Below are positions 38,120 to 49,919 of a stretch of DNA of 64,000 nucleotides, one piece after another (positions within the stretch are counted from its first letter, which is position 1; each line of letters opens with the position of its first letter). The notes under the pieces were generated by a model. It made no database searches, had not been told where the DNA came from, and worked only from the letters and a program-made list of their open reading frames with translations. A program made the translations under genes and the position numbers. The DNA is from Lingula anatina (Eukaryota; Animalia; Brachiopoda): assembly GCA_051362555.1 (NCBI GenBank), contig CM120648.1, positions 11,590,587-11,654,586 on the forward strand, read 5' to 3'.

Positions 38120-41100
38120 TCATTCATACTCCGACTGCAAGTAATGTTCTTGTAATACTGGATAAGGGGTTGGTGGCAATAACAGTAAACTACTGTCGTT
38201 ATGAATGTGATTGTAAGTGGCACTGTCAATGGAACTGTCAGTGCTGCTGTACCGGGACCATTTACGTCTCCTTCTAAGTACCGCATAGATTATCCCGCAG
38301 TATAGAACGAGGAGACCAGCCTGAAAACAAACACAAGACGCACATATAGTAACCAGTATATGAATAAAATTTACGTATGTTCATAGAAGAATTTGCCGCC
38401 TCCATACCATGAAAATGCTTAGGTAAGGATATCTGTTAACATCCTGAACCAGAATGCAGAGAGATAGAGAAAGATGTAAAAACGAACACGTATTTAAATA
38501 AAACAGGTTCAAAGAGGCACTCTTTGTTTAGGGTTACTTACCTAATTATTTCCCTTCATCAAAAGTGTGATTTACATGAGGGTTTGTGACCCACTTTATA
38601 AAAAGAAAAACTTTTCATGCAGAATTACTGTTTTTGTCCTGGCAGTACTTACTTCTCCCAGACAGAGCCCCGTAAGGACTGCCGATAACGTGCTGAATGG
38701 ATTATGTTCCACGATGGCTGTTCCCAAAATCGGCCCTATGAAGTTCCTTCAACATATAAAGAAAATTATTCAAATTTATATGGAGAGTTTTGCGTGAAGT
38801 AAATTAATTGGGAAAGTAAGGCATACATACGAGTTTTATGTTTATTTTCTTAAACTAAATTAAACTTTTAAAGAGGGGGGAGCCCAATAATTTGTAGAAG
38901 ACAAACATGAGTGACTGAAACTGTCAAAAGAAACTGTGAACATCTAAAATTCAATTTTGCTAGCTATTTTATTCTTGGATAATTAAAAGTAATGAAGAGC
39001 TCCTCTGAATTAAAAACAAGCATGTCGATTATAACCTGGCTGCTTCAACGTGTTACAGCACTGAATACATTTTGACCTTTGACCCAAGTTTTATTCACGT
39101 GAAAAAATGTTTCAGAATGAGCAAAAATACCTACAACGTTTTAGTATTTTTAAAACTTATACAGAGCATACAGCACTGGGATAATTATAAACAAATCTAT
39201 AGCAAGAATAACACGTGAGATAAATTCATATAACTGCTACATTTACTGATTTAACAAAGCAAGTAAAACGAAGAGGAACCATACAGACTCTTACCCTAGA
39301 CCCATAGATGTATTGAATATTGAGGACAAATTACCATATGTGATTATACTATCTGGTAAACCATGGGACCTGCAATTGTACATATAAATAAAACGAATGA
39401 GGTAAAATAATACCAACTAGCACAATAAAATGCAATAGCAATACAACTGAATGGGGTAATATTCTCAGTTATTATAATGAAATGTGATAAAGATCTAGAC
39501 TTACATAATACGATAATAATTCATGTAACAAACTAATGACATTTGCGCTTTTAACTAGAATATTGAAAACTGACGACAATTTTTGAACGTTTTGTGAACA
39601 TTTTAATTGATGCTTAGTCTACTTTTCGAAAAAAAATGACATTTGTTTTTTAAGTAAATTATAATAATATTCAATATACGGAATGCCGCATAAGGTCTCA
39701 ACTTACACGGCTTCGTTTACACAATCTGCCATGACAGCTACAGTGATACTGGCGGTTCCAATCCCACATAGACAATTCCCCAAGAAAACAGCCCACGCTG
39801 CCCTGAAATCCAAAGTTAAGAGCAGCTTTTGATTTATCGTAGATGTTTCAGATCGAGTCATAGATTTTACGGGAAAATTATTTTAGTAAGAACGCATTTT
39901 ACCAACTTTAATGGTACCTACAGGTACACTTAGGAAAATCGTCGATTAGCTAAGTCGATTCGCAATATTTTCACCTGGCAACAGTATAATTCAATCAAAA
40001 TTGATGTCGTCATGAAATAAAATTAATGACATTGATACCTACCCCTTGTCGTTTGGAAATAGTTCAGTCAGGGGCACCCAGGGTCCAATGAGAGTAAAGG
40101 ATAAAGCTGTCACGATGAGTCCCGAGACTATAATCACCTTCCTGTGATTCTATAAAGTAAAACGGGTGCCACTTTTACTTCAGATTCAAAATAGTGTCGC
40201 TACGCCAAGCATGCTAATTAACGAACCCCTTTATCCCTCCCGACACTTCCCATTAGCTACATGCAGGAAAGACCCTGCTTGAACATAGGATAAACCACAC
40301 CTTTTAAATGAGTTTCTGTGTTGAATTGGCCATTGGAGGGGGTCTGGGTCTGGCTTGCATACAACCAGCCTATTGTTGTATTTACTGTACTTGGAGTAGC
40401 ATTACCATTCTGAAACATAAATGGGTGGTCATGGCCCTAAAGAAATTCTGACCACTGCCAGCTCGCCCAAACCTAAGTAGCCAATAATACACCCCGTGCA
40501 TGACTTATATCGGGGAAGCATCCTGTCGACAAAAGTAGAAAATTGGGAAGATACTTCTTAGCAGCTGTGCTCAAAACCCTTACGCGTCCATAAATTCGGA
40601 TAACGCTTAACCTGTTTTCATCTAAGAAAAGTGTCATAATCCAGTTATTGACTGGTGTCTGTGCCTGAGTTCTAATATACCATCTGACTCGACGTAGATG
40701 GTTCCTGGAAGGGATCACTGGTCTCCTAACTGATGGGAGAAACAATAGAACAAAGAAACAATGCCAAAATAACGGTGCTTGTGCAGACGTCTTTTGACGG
40801 TAAACGCAGAAACATGCTTTGCCCTATTGTTGTTAAATGTTGCAGTCAATTTCCTTAATGTCATGAAACGTTATCTAAGAGAAAAGAGTATTAAAATTCT
40901 CTCTTCTCTGGATGCGGTTTCCTTCGGTCGGCCTCATTACCAAGGGAATCTGGCTCACGTGCCTGTTTGATTATGATGCTGTCCAACCCTCTGAATGGTT
41001 CTTATGGAACAACCCAGCCTTGGGTGTTTTTGTGTTTCAATGGTAACGCTAGGTAGCTCAATATGGTGCTAAAGCCACTCACATACTCAATTTTCAAGAC

Positions 41101-44100
41101 GATCGGTTGCCTATAGTTCTTATATGATAGAAAAATTAAAACTTTGGTCAACCTTGCAGCAATGTTTATAAACGCTGGAAGGGTGACACATATTTTAATA
41201 GTTTAGTATGGTATGGTAAATGTATGTAATGTTATATTGTGGTGTATACGGTATGGTAAGGCATGGCATAACATAGTTTACATGTAGCATAGCGGAGCAT
41301 ACCAGAGTATTTTAAATGAGAAAATCGTCGGTTTACTATCGGGGTGACGTTTTTCTCCACACCAGGTAACTGTTTCAAAAACATACTTAAAGAAAAAACA
41401 ACAAGATAATTTGGTCTTTTCCCCAAAATGTCCGTCTTCTTTAACCAAAAATAAATCCGTGTTGAGCAAATTTAACGAAACGTTTTACTAAATTACGTAT
41501 TTCTATTTGTCTGTTTCGGTCTAATTTTATTTCGAAAAACTTTTTTATGTGGCTTACTGCAGTTTAATACAAAGAATAGGGAGAAAAAGATAAATGAAAT
41601 AAAGAAATATAAAGCTACTCACATATTTGTCTGTTATAAAGCCTACCAAGGGTACTGAGCACATGTAAAAGATCCCACACAGAGCAAACGCCAGGCCGAT
41701 CATTATATGGTTACCTTGGATAGATGCATCAACCTGCAAATGCAACATTTATACAAATTTCTTTACATAAGCGTCACAAAGTTGACATAATTAATAAAAT
41801 AAGCAATGAAGTGGTATCGAGAATATATTTCACAAAACTTTCGTTTCTCTTTAGTCATAATAATGCAAGCAGTTTTATAAAAAAATAAGTTGCAATGACT
41901 TTATAATTTTAAAAATCTTACATTCTGCAAATGACCTCCTAGTGTGGGACTTAAAGCACAAAGTCCAAAAAATTCTACCCAAACGGCCAGTTGTTCCAGA
42001 GGTATGGCGGGTATCTTTGCTAATTTAATGAGCTGTCCATAGTCTGACGGCCTTTCTGTGAATGAAAAGTCGAGCAGGTTACATGGAAGTATTTGGAAGT
42101 GATAAATATGAGGAAGAAGGCAATACTTGAATTGATTGCCCTTTAATTACACTGATTATAACTCTATGTCATCATCAGGTTCCCTGCGGACCGTTAAAGG
42201 CGATTATGCTGGTTCAACTGTCTTAAACCCTGTCAACCGACATTTCTAGGGTTTTCTATGCGTCTTCATTCTGTGACGCTGTCCAATATATTCCCTCCGT
42301 GTTCCACTATTTCTTGCGATTTATTTTGACTTTTATTACCAATTTATCTAATTGTTTTTTAATGCCATTATCAGCCATGGTCAGCGTTTGGTGCCTTAAT
42401 TATGCCTTCTACTTCTTCAATAACTTACTCCTTTGGTTTCTTTGCTGTCCCTGGTACATGTGCATCAAGTAGTCTGCTTAAAAAATTATGACCGTAATTT
42501 ATGGCCGTATATGTGACCGTAATTTCAGGAAAACAAAGGCTCTATCAACTCTTACCGGCGGAAATTTCCCATAACTGGACAGCAAATATTCATGTGACAA
42601 GTTACCTTCATCTTTGTTTTCGTTTGGTAGAGTAAAAAAGGCCACAGTTGCTATGACAATGGTCATTGGTCCCGTCACGAAGAACGGCAGGCCAAACCCT
42701 CCCAGCTGATAGAGGCCGCCACCGACCAAGGGGCCGAAGACGTGGCCAAATCCTGCACACATTTCTAAGAACCCCTAAAGAGAGAAATATCAAAACTTCG
42801 ATGCACATAACATTATCTAAACGGAATCTAAGGTGAAATAGAATGTAGAGGTATTATCTACATGTAACACTAAAAAGAAATTCAATTTCATCGATTTATT
42901 CGATTTTCTGAGATATGCACTGTTTAAATAAAGGCATACATGTATAAAGTAAAAACACTTGATTATAATGTATAATCATATGACGATTGCAAATCATTGA
43001 TGCTTAGAGCAAAATGTTTGAAAATTAAAGATCGTACAATCTTACGGAAAACTGCATATTTTTCTTGCGTATTCAGTTTAAGTTCATATATCATACATGC
43101 TTTAACTCGATCGCCAATGATTCTTTTTTTTTTTTTTTTTTTTGCTGAATTAAAAAAAATTAATTAGTATCATACAGAACTAAGGATTGTCATCTACTTA
43201 CATACGCTGTTGCTACGTTATCTCTAAACTCCTTTGTTGCTAGGGCATAGTTGGCCGTTAACATCATTGCCGCACCCAATGATTCTATCATACGTATTGA
43301 TACAGCAAGCCCAAGAAAAGTGTCACCGGGAGGACAGGCACCTAAAAGACTAAAACAATATACCTTACACAGGTAAGATTCATAAATGGCATTTTATTAT
43401 TTAAATTTTTCTTTTCTAATTATTCAGCGACAGGATTTATTCAAATGAAATATGTTATTGATACTTTGGTCATGATCTGATTGACAGCCACACGCAGTTT
43501 AAACATTACAAACACAAACATTGCAAACACAAATGTTTGGGTGTTAGATATTTACATAAAAATCAAACGATCATACATGTACGTTTCTCTCTCAATTTTT
43601 TTGTTCTGTTTTTGCTTCATCAACAAGGTATAACACATCCAAACTGTTGAAGAATTGCGTGTATTTTTCCGTTTTGGATAGCGTAAATCTTGACAAAGGG
43701 GTTAATAAAGACTAACGCTCATAACATGACTATCACAATCAATAGTCAAAGATAATCAATCTCCCCAGACAACGCAGAAAAAAGATTCCATGTCGACAAA
43801 AATTTACGCACCCAAAGGACAACGAACTCACGCCAATTACAAATGTCCCAGTGTAAAAACAACGCCTAGAGCCAATGCGAGATAACTGAAACAAAATAAG
43901 AGGCCATTCAGAACAGAAAGTCCGAGGATATACTGATCCACGGATGAAATATGGCGGACCCTAGGTGAAACAATAGGCGACTAATCCGTTGATGATCTCC
44001 CCCACCTCCACAAGCGCCGTCCTTGCAGAGGCCTAGCAATTAGGCTTCATTCACATGCAATGTCTATTTTCTAAATTCTATTTTCTATTCGCGGAATGTC

Positions 44101-45843
44101 TTATGATCACGGTCTGTGCCCTGAATATCCCGCGGCGTAATTACTGGCAGCGCGAGCCAGTTACTATAAGTTACTATAAGTAACTGGCTCGCGCTGCCAG
44201 TAATTACGCCGCGGGATATTCAGGGCACAGACCGTGATCATAAGATAGACGAAGCCTTACAGAAGCCGTGATTTAATCCGTTAAATGGCGTGTGTGGAGG
44301 CTGGGACACCATCAGCGGATGAATCGGTTTTTCTTTATGTATAGGGTCTGCCATATTTTACCTATGGATCAATACATCCTTGGAGCTTCTGTTTAGAATG
44401 CCTTCTAAGTTAATTAAAGAAAGATAATGTAATTTTCAACGTTTTTTCAAGAGATGAAATTGGTGTTTTAATTTTTGTAATGCTGGCAGAACTAAATGAT
44501 ATCTTATTGAAAGTCACTTTGAAATTGGATTAATTTCAATAAAACATTTGACCGAATGGTGTTACAACAAAGCTTATAAAAAAAGAAAGATGTAACAGGC
44601 TGAAAAATAATTAAACGACCATTCGTACCTGTGAACCAATAATAAGGGAACAGGAGAACATGACGACCTCATAACATCCAAATATTGCCCCTGCACCTGT
44701 CAGAGACACGTCCTTTTTTATTGCCTGAGGAAAGAAAATACAAACAATGCAGTGAGACAGCACAAATGCCTTTAACCTGAACTAGGTCGTTAACGGGCAC
44801 AAACGGGTTATATTACTGGTTGACACCATTATATCGGTACATGTTATTCATATAAAACATACATGTGACCATGAAGCCTATTTTTTCATATTGAGGTTAT
44901 GATATATTATACTAAATTTGCATAAAATCAAATTTAATTTCACGGGATTTGGAGGAGAGTTGGATCAGAAATAATGATTAATTAGAGTGCCACGCAGCAA
45001 AGAAAAAAGCTGCCAGCATACATCCACAGTTAACTTTCTTCTTGTTTTGGTTAGATTCCAAGTCCTCTACACATTAGCATGCATTCAACATACATTGCGT
45101 GTTACCTTTGTAGAGGGTCTAATAGGGTATTTTAGTTACCCATGAAAGACTTGTTTTTATCCCCGAGAAGAGTAAAACGTTCATATCTTAGTGTGATTCG
45201 TGAAGCACCCCTTTCCCCTGACTCTTAAATGCGGCTTTTCATTCTTCGCTTTTCATGAAACGAGTCGATACCCAGCGATTCCTGATTTTCAGGATTTTCG
45301 ATGCACATTATCAGTGAAATATGAGTAAAATATCATTTGCTGTGATTTGTGAATTGATGGTTTTATTTCCCGTGAACTGTGATCACTACCCCCCAATGGG
45401 ACCTCTTTGTAAATATATGCTTTCTGTTACGGGGCATCAAATGTCATGCGTTGTGCTATCCCACTTTCATAAAGTTCTCGTAAGTTTTGTGGTCACGCAT
45501 GGTATTGCGTTTTAGGCCATCTAGGATGAATCTATTTTGTCCTCTAGAAGACAAAAAATATATATAATAAAAATGATAATTCTCTTTCTATAAAAACAGT
45601 CTCTGTATTCTCACTCACCTCATCTCGGAGAAATGGTTGCATCACAGTGTAGCACGTGGATGAAGCGAAGTTAGCAAGTGCACCATTCATCAATGTGAAT
45701 TTCTGCCGAGAACTCAGCTTCAGCAACTCCTCTCCTACATGTATATTTTTCTTCACGGTCTCACCCCTTCCTTCCTTCTCATCCTCAATTTCCTCACTCA
45801 TTCCTTCCTTCGCATCGTGTATCTCTTCGCACTTTCTTTCCAT
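38120..45843 (-). CDS. SLC18B1: MFS transporter SLC18B1-like, copy 3 (12 exons, 509 aa)
   Basis: Exons 45619-45843, 44629-44724, 43812-43885, 43202-43349, 42606-42774, 41922-42055, 41623-41733, 40043-40149, 39707-39802, 39295-39369, 38653-38746, 38120-38320; GT-AG introns, open frame; start codon inferred. Confidence 0.85.
43900..44405. mobile_element. Harbinger-like MITE with a nested element (44043-44256) in intron 2 of copy 3
   Basis: TAA duplication; long imperfect TIRs; empty site aaaataagttaat in copy 4 (~54791); inner GGCTTC..GAAGCC flanked by TTA. Confidence 0.85.
44099..44245. repeat. Perfect inverted repeat, 67-bp arms and 13-nt loop
   Basis: 44099-44165 is the exact reverse complement of 44179-44245. 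Confidence 0.95.
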
Positions 45844-46449
45844 CTCCTGATCAATGTCTTCTCACTCTCTCGCATGCCCTCCTATCTTATCTGCTCAGTC
45901 TTCTATATTTTCTCAGTAGAAAGCCACCATGTCAGTATATAGTCACATAAAATGGAGTCGCTCGCTTATTGCTTGACATGAGATCTCTCAAATATCAGCC
46001 CTTCTATCGCATACCCTCCTATCTAATCCTATCCATCTCTTATATTATATCAGTAGAAAGCCACCATGTTAGTGAATAATCACATAAAATGGAGTCGCTC
46101 GCTTATTACTTGACATCAGACCTCTCAAAAACTGCAGTGTAAATTCCCCATTGCACTGATTTGCATTAAGGGTGTTTTCAATCATAAGGCTGTATTTAGA
46201 CCCATCGCCCTCGTCTCTTTTTTTTCCGGTTGACCTGCTAAGTCTGATACAGTGACTGTGTGTACTCGATGGTAACGATGACCAAGCAAACTCGTATATT
46301 TGTGGAAAACCGGTTACGCAGAGCCGCCACCTACCGAGGGTTAAAGACAGCAGAAATTTAATCGGGTTCACTGACTAAGACTTGTACTGATTGGTGGTTG
46401 ACGGTAACGTACTCTTTGACTGGTGTTATTTAATCTCTAAGAACAAAAG

Positions 46450-46738
46450 CCCTTAGCAAAATGAAAAGTTTGCAGCAATATCGCGGCAACACTGCAGCAA
46501 ACTACAAGTGTGCGGCAACCAGCTTGCAGGAGTTAACAAGAGAAATTTGTTTACAGCAGGTTTGCAACAGATGTCTTTCTGTTCTGGCAAATTAGTGACG
46601 AATTAGCAGCAGATTTGCAAGAATATATTAGCTTTGCAAATTCGCAGCATATTAGCATCGAACTTGCAGCGAGTTTGTAGCAAATTTTCAGTGAATTTGT
46701 GAGAGAGTTGCGGCAGGCCTGATATTTTGCTAAAGGGG
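46450..46738. mobile_element. CCC-terminal MITE with AG flanks (CMC/EnSpm-like by inference)
   Basis: CCCTTAGCAAAAT...ATTTTGCTAAAGGGG; internal ttgcagcaa repeats. Confidence 0.8.
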
Positions 46739-49299
46739 AGGGTACCGGAGGAGACATGATTGTGCCAGAGGTGACGTGTAGTAGTGTAAGACTTGAAGCT
46801 GAATGGTCATTTTTAGCTGGAGGTGCGGGAGTGAAGACGTGCGCTGAACGAAAAAAAAAAACGTTTTTTCCAACAACAATGTGAAATAACATTTTTTCTT
46901 TTGGCATTTTGGACAGAGAACACTTAAATATTAAAGGTACATGATATGAAAACGTGTTAAGAAACATGAAAGTGCAAAATTGTGCTTAATTTGCTGTCAA
47001 TTTGTTTTGAAATATATGCTGAATCGACCGACAGCGAGACAAAGAGCGTCAAGGGAATTTAACACGTTTGCATATCATGTAAAATTAACCACTCAGCTTC
47101 ACGTCTTTCACCACTACACGTCACTTTCGGCACAAACCTGTCTCCTCCGGTTCCCTCTTTTCTTATTTTATTTTATTTTATTATTTTTTTTTTTTTACAT
47201 CTGTATTATTGTGCGAGGGAAAAATGCAGAACAGGGGAACAGTCTGATAATGAAAATGTGGACACGTAGATAAAACCTGTTGTTGGAAACATGCCTCGAA
47301 TCGTAAGGTGAGATTTTCTGGAAATCCAACGCTGTTAAAACCTATATCGAACTGATTTTGTATGTACATACATGTGAATATATCAGAACTGAAGACTGGT
47401 GACAATTTTGAACTTTTAGCTGAATTTAAGCAGTTTGTGGTGTTATATGTGATTGAATGGAGATTTGGAAAATACATCAAGAGTGCGTAGGCATTGACTT
47501 TCACCAAATCGTCTTAGAATTTCACACAATAGAACAACAATAGGACTGCAGTCATCAGCTATATGCCGTAGGGTATAGTAGAGCCCAGCTAATACATTTA
47601 CGCTGCGGGCTCTACTTTATAAAGATTATATGTGATGACAGTGTAATTATTGCGGTGACGCTCCTTGATAATGGATAAAAGTAAGAAAAGAAGAGCTACC
47701 AGCTCACCTAACCACGACCATAAGCAGCTTAGTAATAGTTTAGAAGACGTAAACCATGTTTTTTTATGGTAGCACAGACGATCTTTCAACACCAAACCCA
47801 CAGTCTTCTCCAATCCCCGAGCGATGCGTTAGTGAAGACGTCTCGCCCTACGCAGCTCCATGTGGGTAGCATGTCTATTGAACAGCTGCGGTACAAATGA
47901 CAGACATTGTGAAAGAACTGAAAATCAAAGAGGGGCAAAAAAAATCAGTGATAACAACGAAAGGAGAAGTTTGCAAAGAGATATCAGTTTTAGCAGAGGA
48001 GAAGGTGAATGCTATGAAAACAAACTATGGGTTTAGATATGCGTGCAATCATCAATGCACAAAGCGAGTGCATAAAAGCGCTTGAAGAAAAGACAGCCCA
48101 TCTGCTGGAATATCTGCTAGGAAGGGATAGAATAATAAACGATCTGAAAAGCCGAGTCAGTTTTGTTTAGATACTATTACAAAAGGGGTAGAAAATACGG
48201 AGTATTAGAGACCCTTCAGATCGAGAAAAGCCGAGGTGTAGCTCGGCCGCGACCTAAATATGACGGACCTACATGAAAGGAAGACCGCTTAATCCTGTAA
48301 TGGTCTCTTCGCCTCTCACACTCCTCCCCACTCGTTACCCCTCGAGCCGAGATTTCATTATTTTGCCCCTGCAGGGAAGACGCGTGTCGTAAAAAGTTGA
48401 CAGGAAATATAAATAAGATGAAATGACATAAATGGTCTAATACTGAGACAAATTGTGAAGCAAGGTGTACAAGGGGCCCTGAAAAGGTATTAATCTTGTT
48501 AAGAAACGAATGTGCACGATGCCTTAAAATGGGTCAGAAACTGGTAAAGGACGTGCAGATTGGCTCTGAAAAGGACAGAATCTGGTAACGACACGAATTT
48601 GCACGAAGTCCTGAAAAAGGCCAGAATATGATTAAGAAGGAAGTGTATTTAGCCTAAAATTGGAGAACCAATTCCGAAATAATCTGGACCAACTCCCCCA
48701 AGCTGTTAAGGAATAATGGGATAATATCCCACGAAACAGAATTTTTACCCTTGTTGAAGGCTTGTCGCGCCATCTACAGGATATAATTACAGTACGCGGT
48801 AGACGCACACGCTATAAGGCATGTGACCTTAAACGAGCACATCCTAATGCTAATTGTGTGTAAATTTGGTGACATTTGATGGCGTCTTTTTAATTAAATA
48901 TACACTTCTTTACATATGTGGAAATCACAGTGAAACATTGGATTTGAGGGGGCACCTGTTATAAATTTGACTAAATGGTATAAAATGTGTATATTTTCAC
49001 TACTATTTTGTATTTTTTTAACCATTTATCATGTTAAACATGGTATCTGGTATAAAAAGCACCGTTTTTTTTTTAACAATTTACACCTGTAAGGTGATCA
49101 TTTGTAAATAAAAGTACATGGAAATGGGGGTGGGACAACCTTTTTGACCAATGTTGTATAACCCCAGGTGACCGAAACACAATGCCTATATGTTTTGTTA
49201 CGTACATGATTACAAATGTTGAAAACAAGACACATTAGAATTCAAGAATATGTTTTCCATAAAAAAATTTAACCTTTTAGTTCCAAATCTATTTTGACC

Positions 49300-49363
49300 C
49301 AATGAGAGATTAAATGGATCTGATATTTATATATTTATATCAGATCCATTTAATCTCTCATTG
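49300..49363. repeat. Perfect 27-bp-arm hairpin 3' of copy 4
   Basis: caatgagagattaaatggatctgatat / atatcagatccatttaatctctcattg. Confidence 0.95.
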
Positions 49364-49519
49364 AATGAATCTGATATTTATATGCATGTGACCATTCTCG
49401 ACCAATCAGTGAGCGTCAAAATTTGTGATACACGTATTTTTTTCAACCATTGACAGATCTACAGGTATGGCGAACTACAATCTAGCTTTGTGACTAGTTA
49501 AAACTGAGGGCAGCGTCAT

Positions 49520-49870
49520 TCATTCTGATTGTACATAATGTTTTTCTGTTACTGGACATGGGGTTGGTGGCAATAACAGTAATCTCTTGACGTTATGAGT
49601 GTAATTGTAAGTGGCACTGTCAATGGAACTGCCAATACTGCTGTATCCGGACCTGTTACGCCTCTTTGTAAGTACTGCATAGACTATCCCACAATATAGA
49701 AGGAGGAGACCAGCCTGAAAACGGACACAAGTCACTCATATAGTAATCAGTATATGAATAAAATATACGTTTGTACTGTACAAGCATTTGCCGCATCCAT
49801 ACCTTGGAAATATGAATCATGTAAGAATGTCTATAAAAGATCCTCAAACACAATGCAGAGAGAGAAAGAG

Positions 49871-49919
<49 letters not shown>

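Noticed and set aside
45844-45930. Selenocysteine read-through of three in-frame TGAs (one aligns with TGT in copy 4)
   Set aside because: Copy 4 is frameshifted and has TAA/TAG in the same stretch, and no SECIS was recognised; decay or a uORF is simpler
48470-48645. Degenerate ~40-45-bp repeat (ctgaaaagg..agaatctggtaa)
   Set aside because: Too diverged to delimit and no function is suggested
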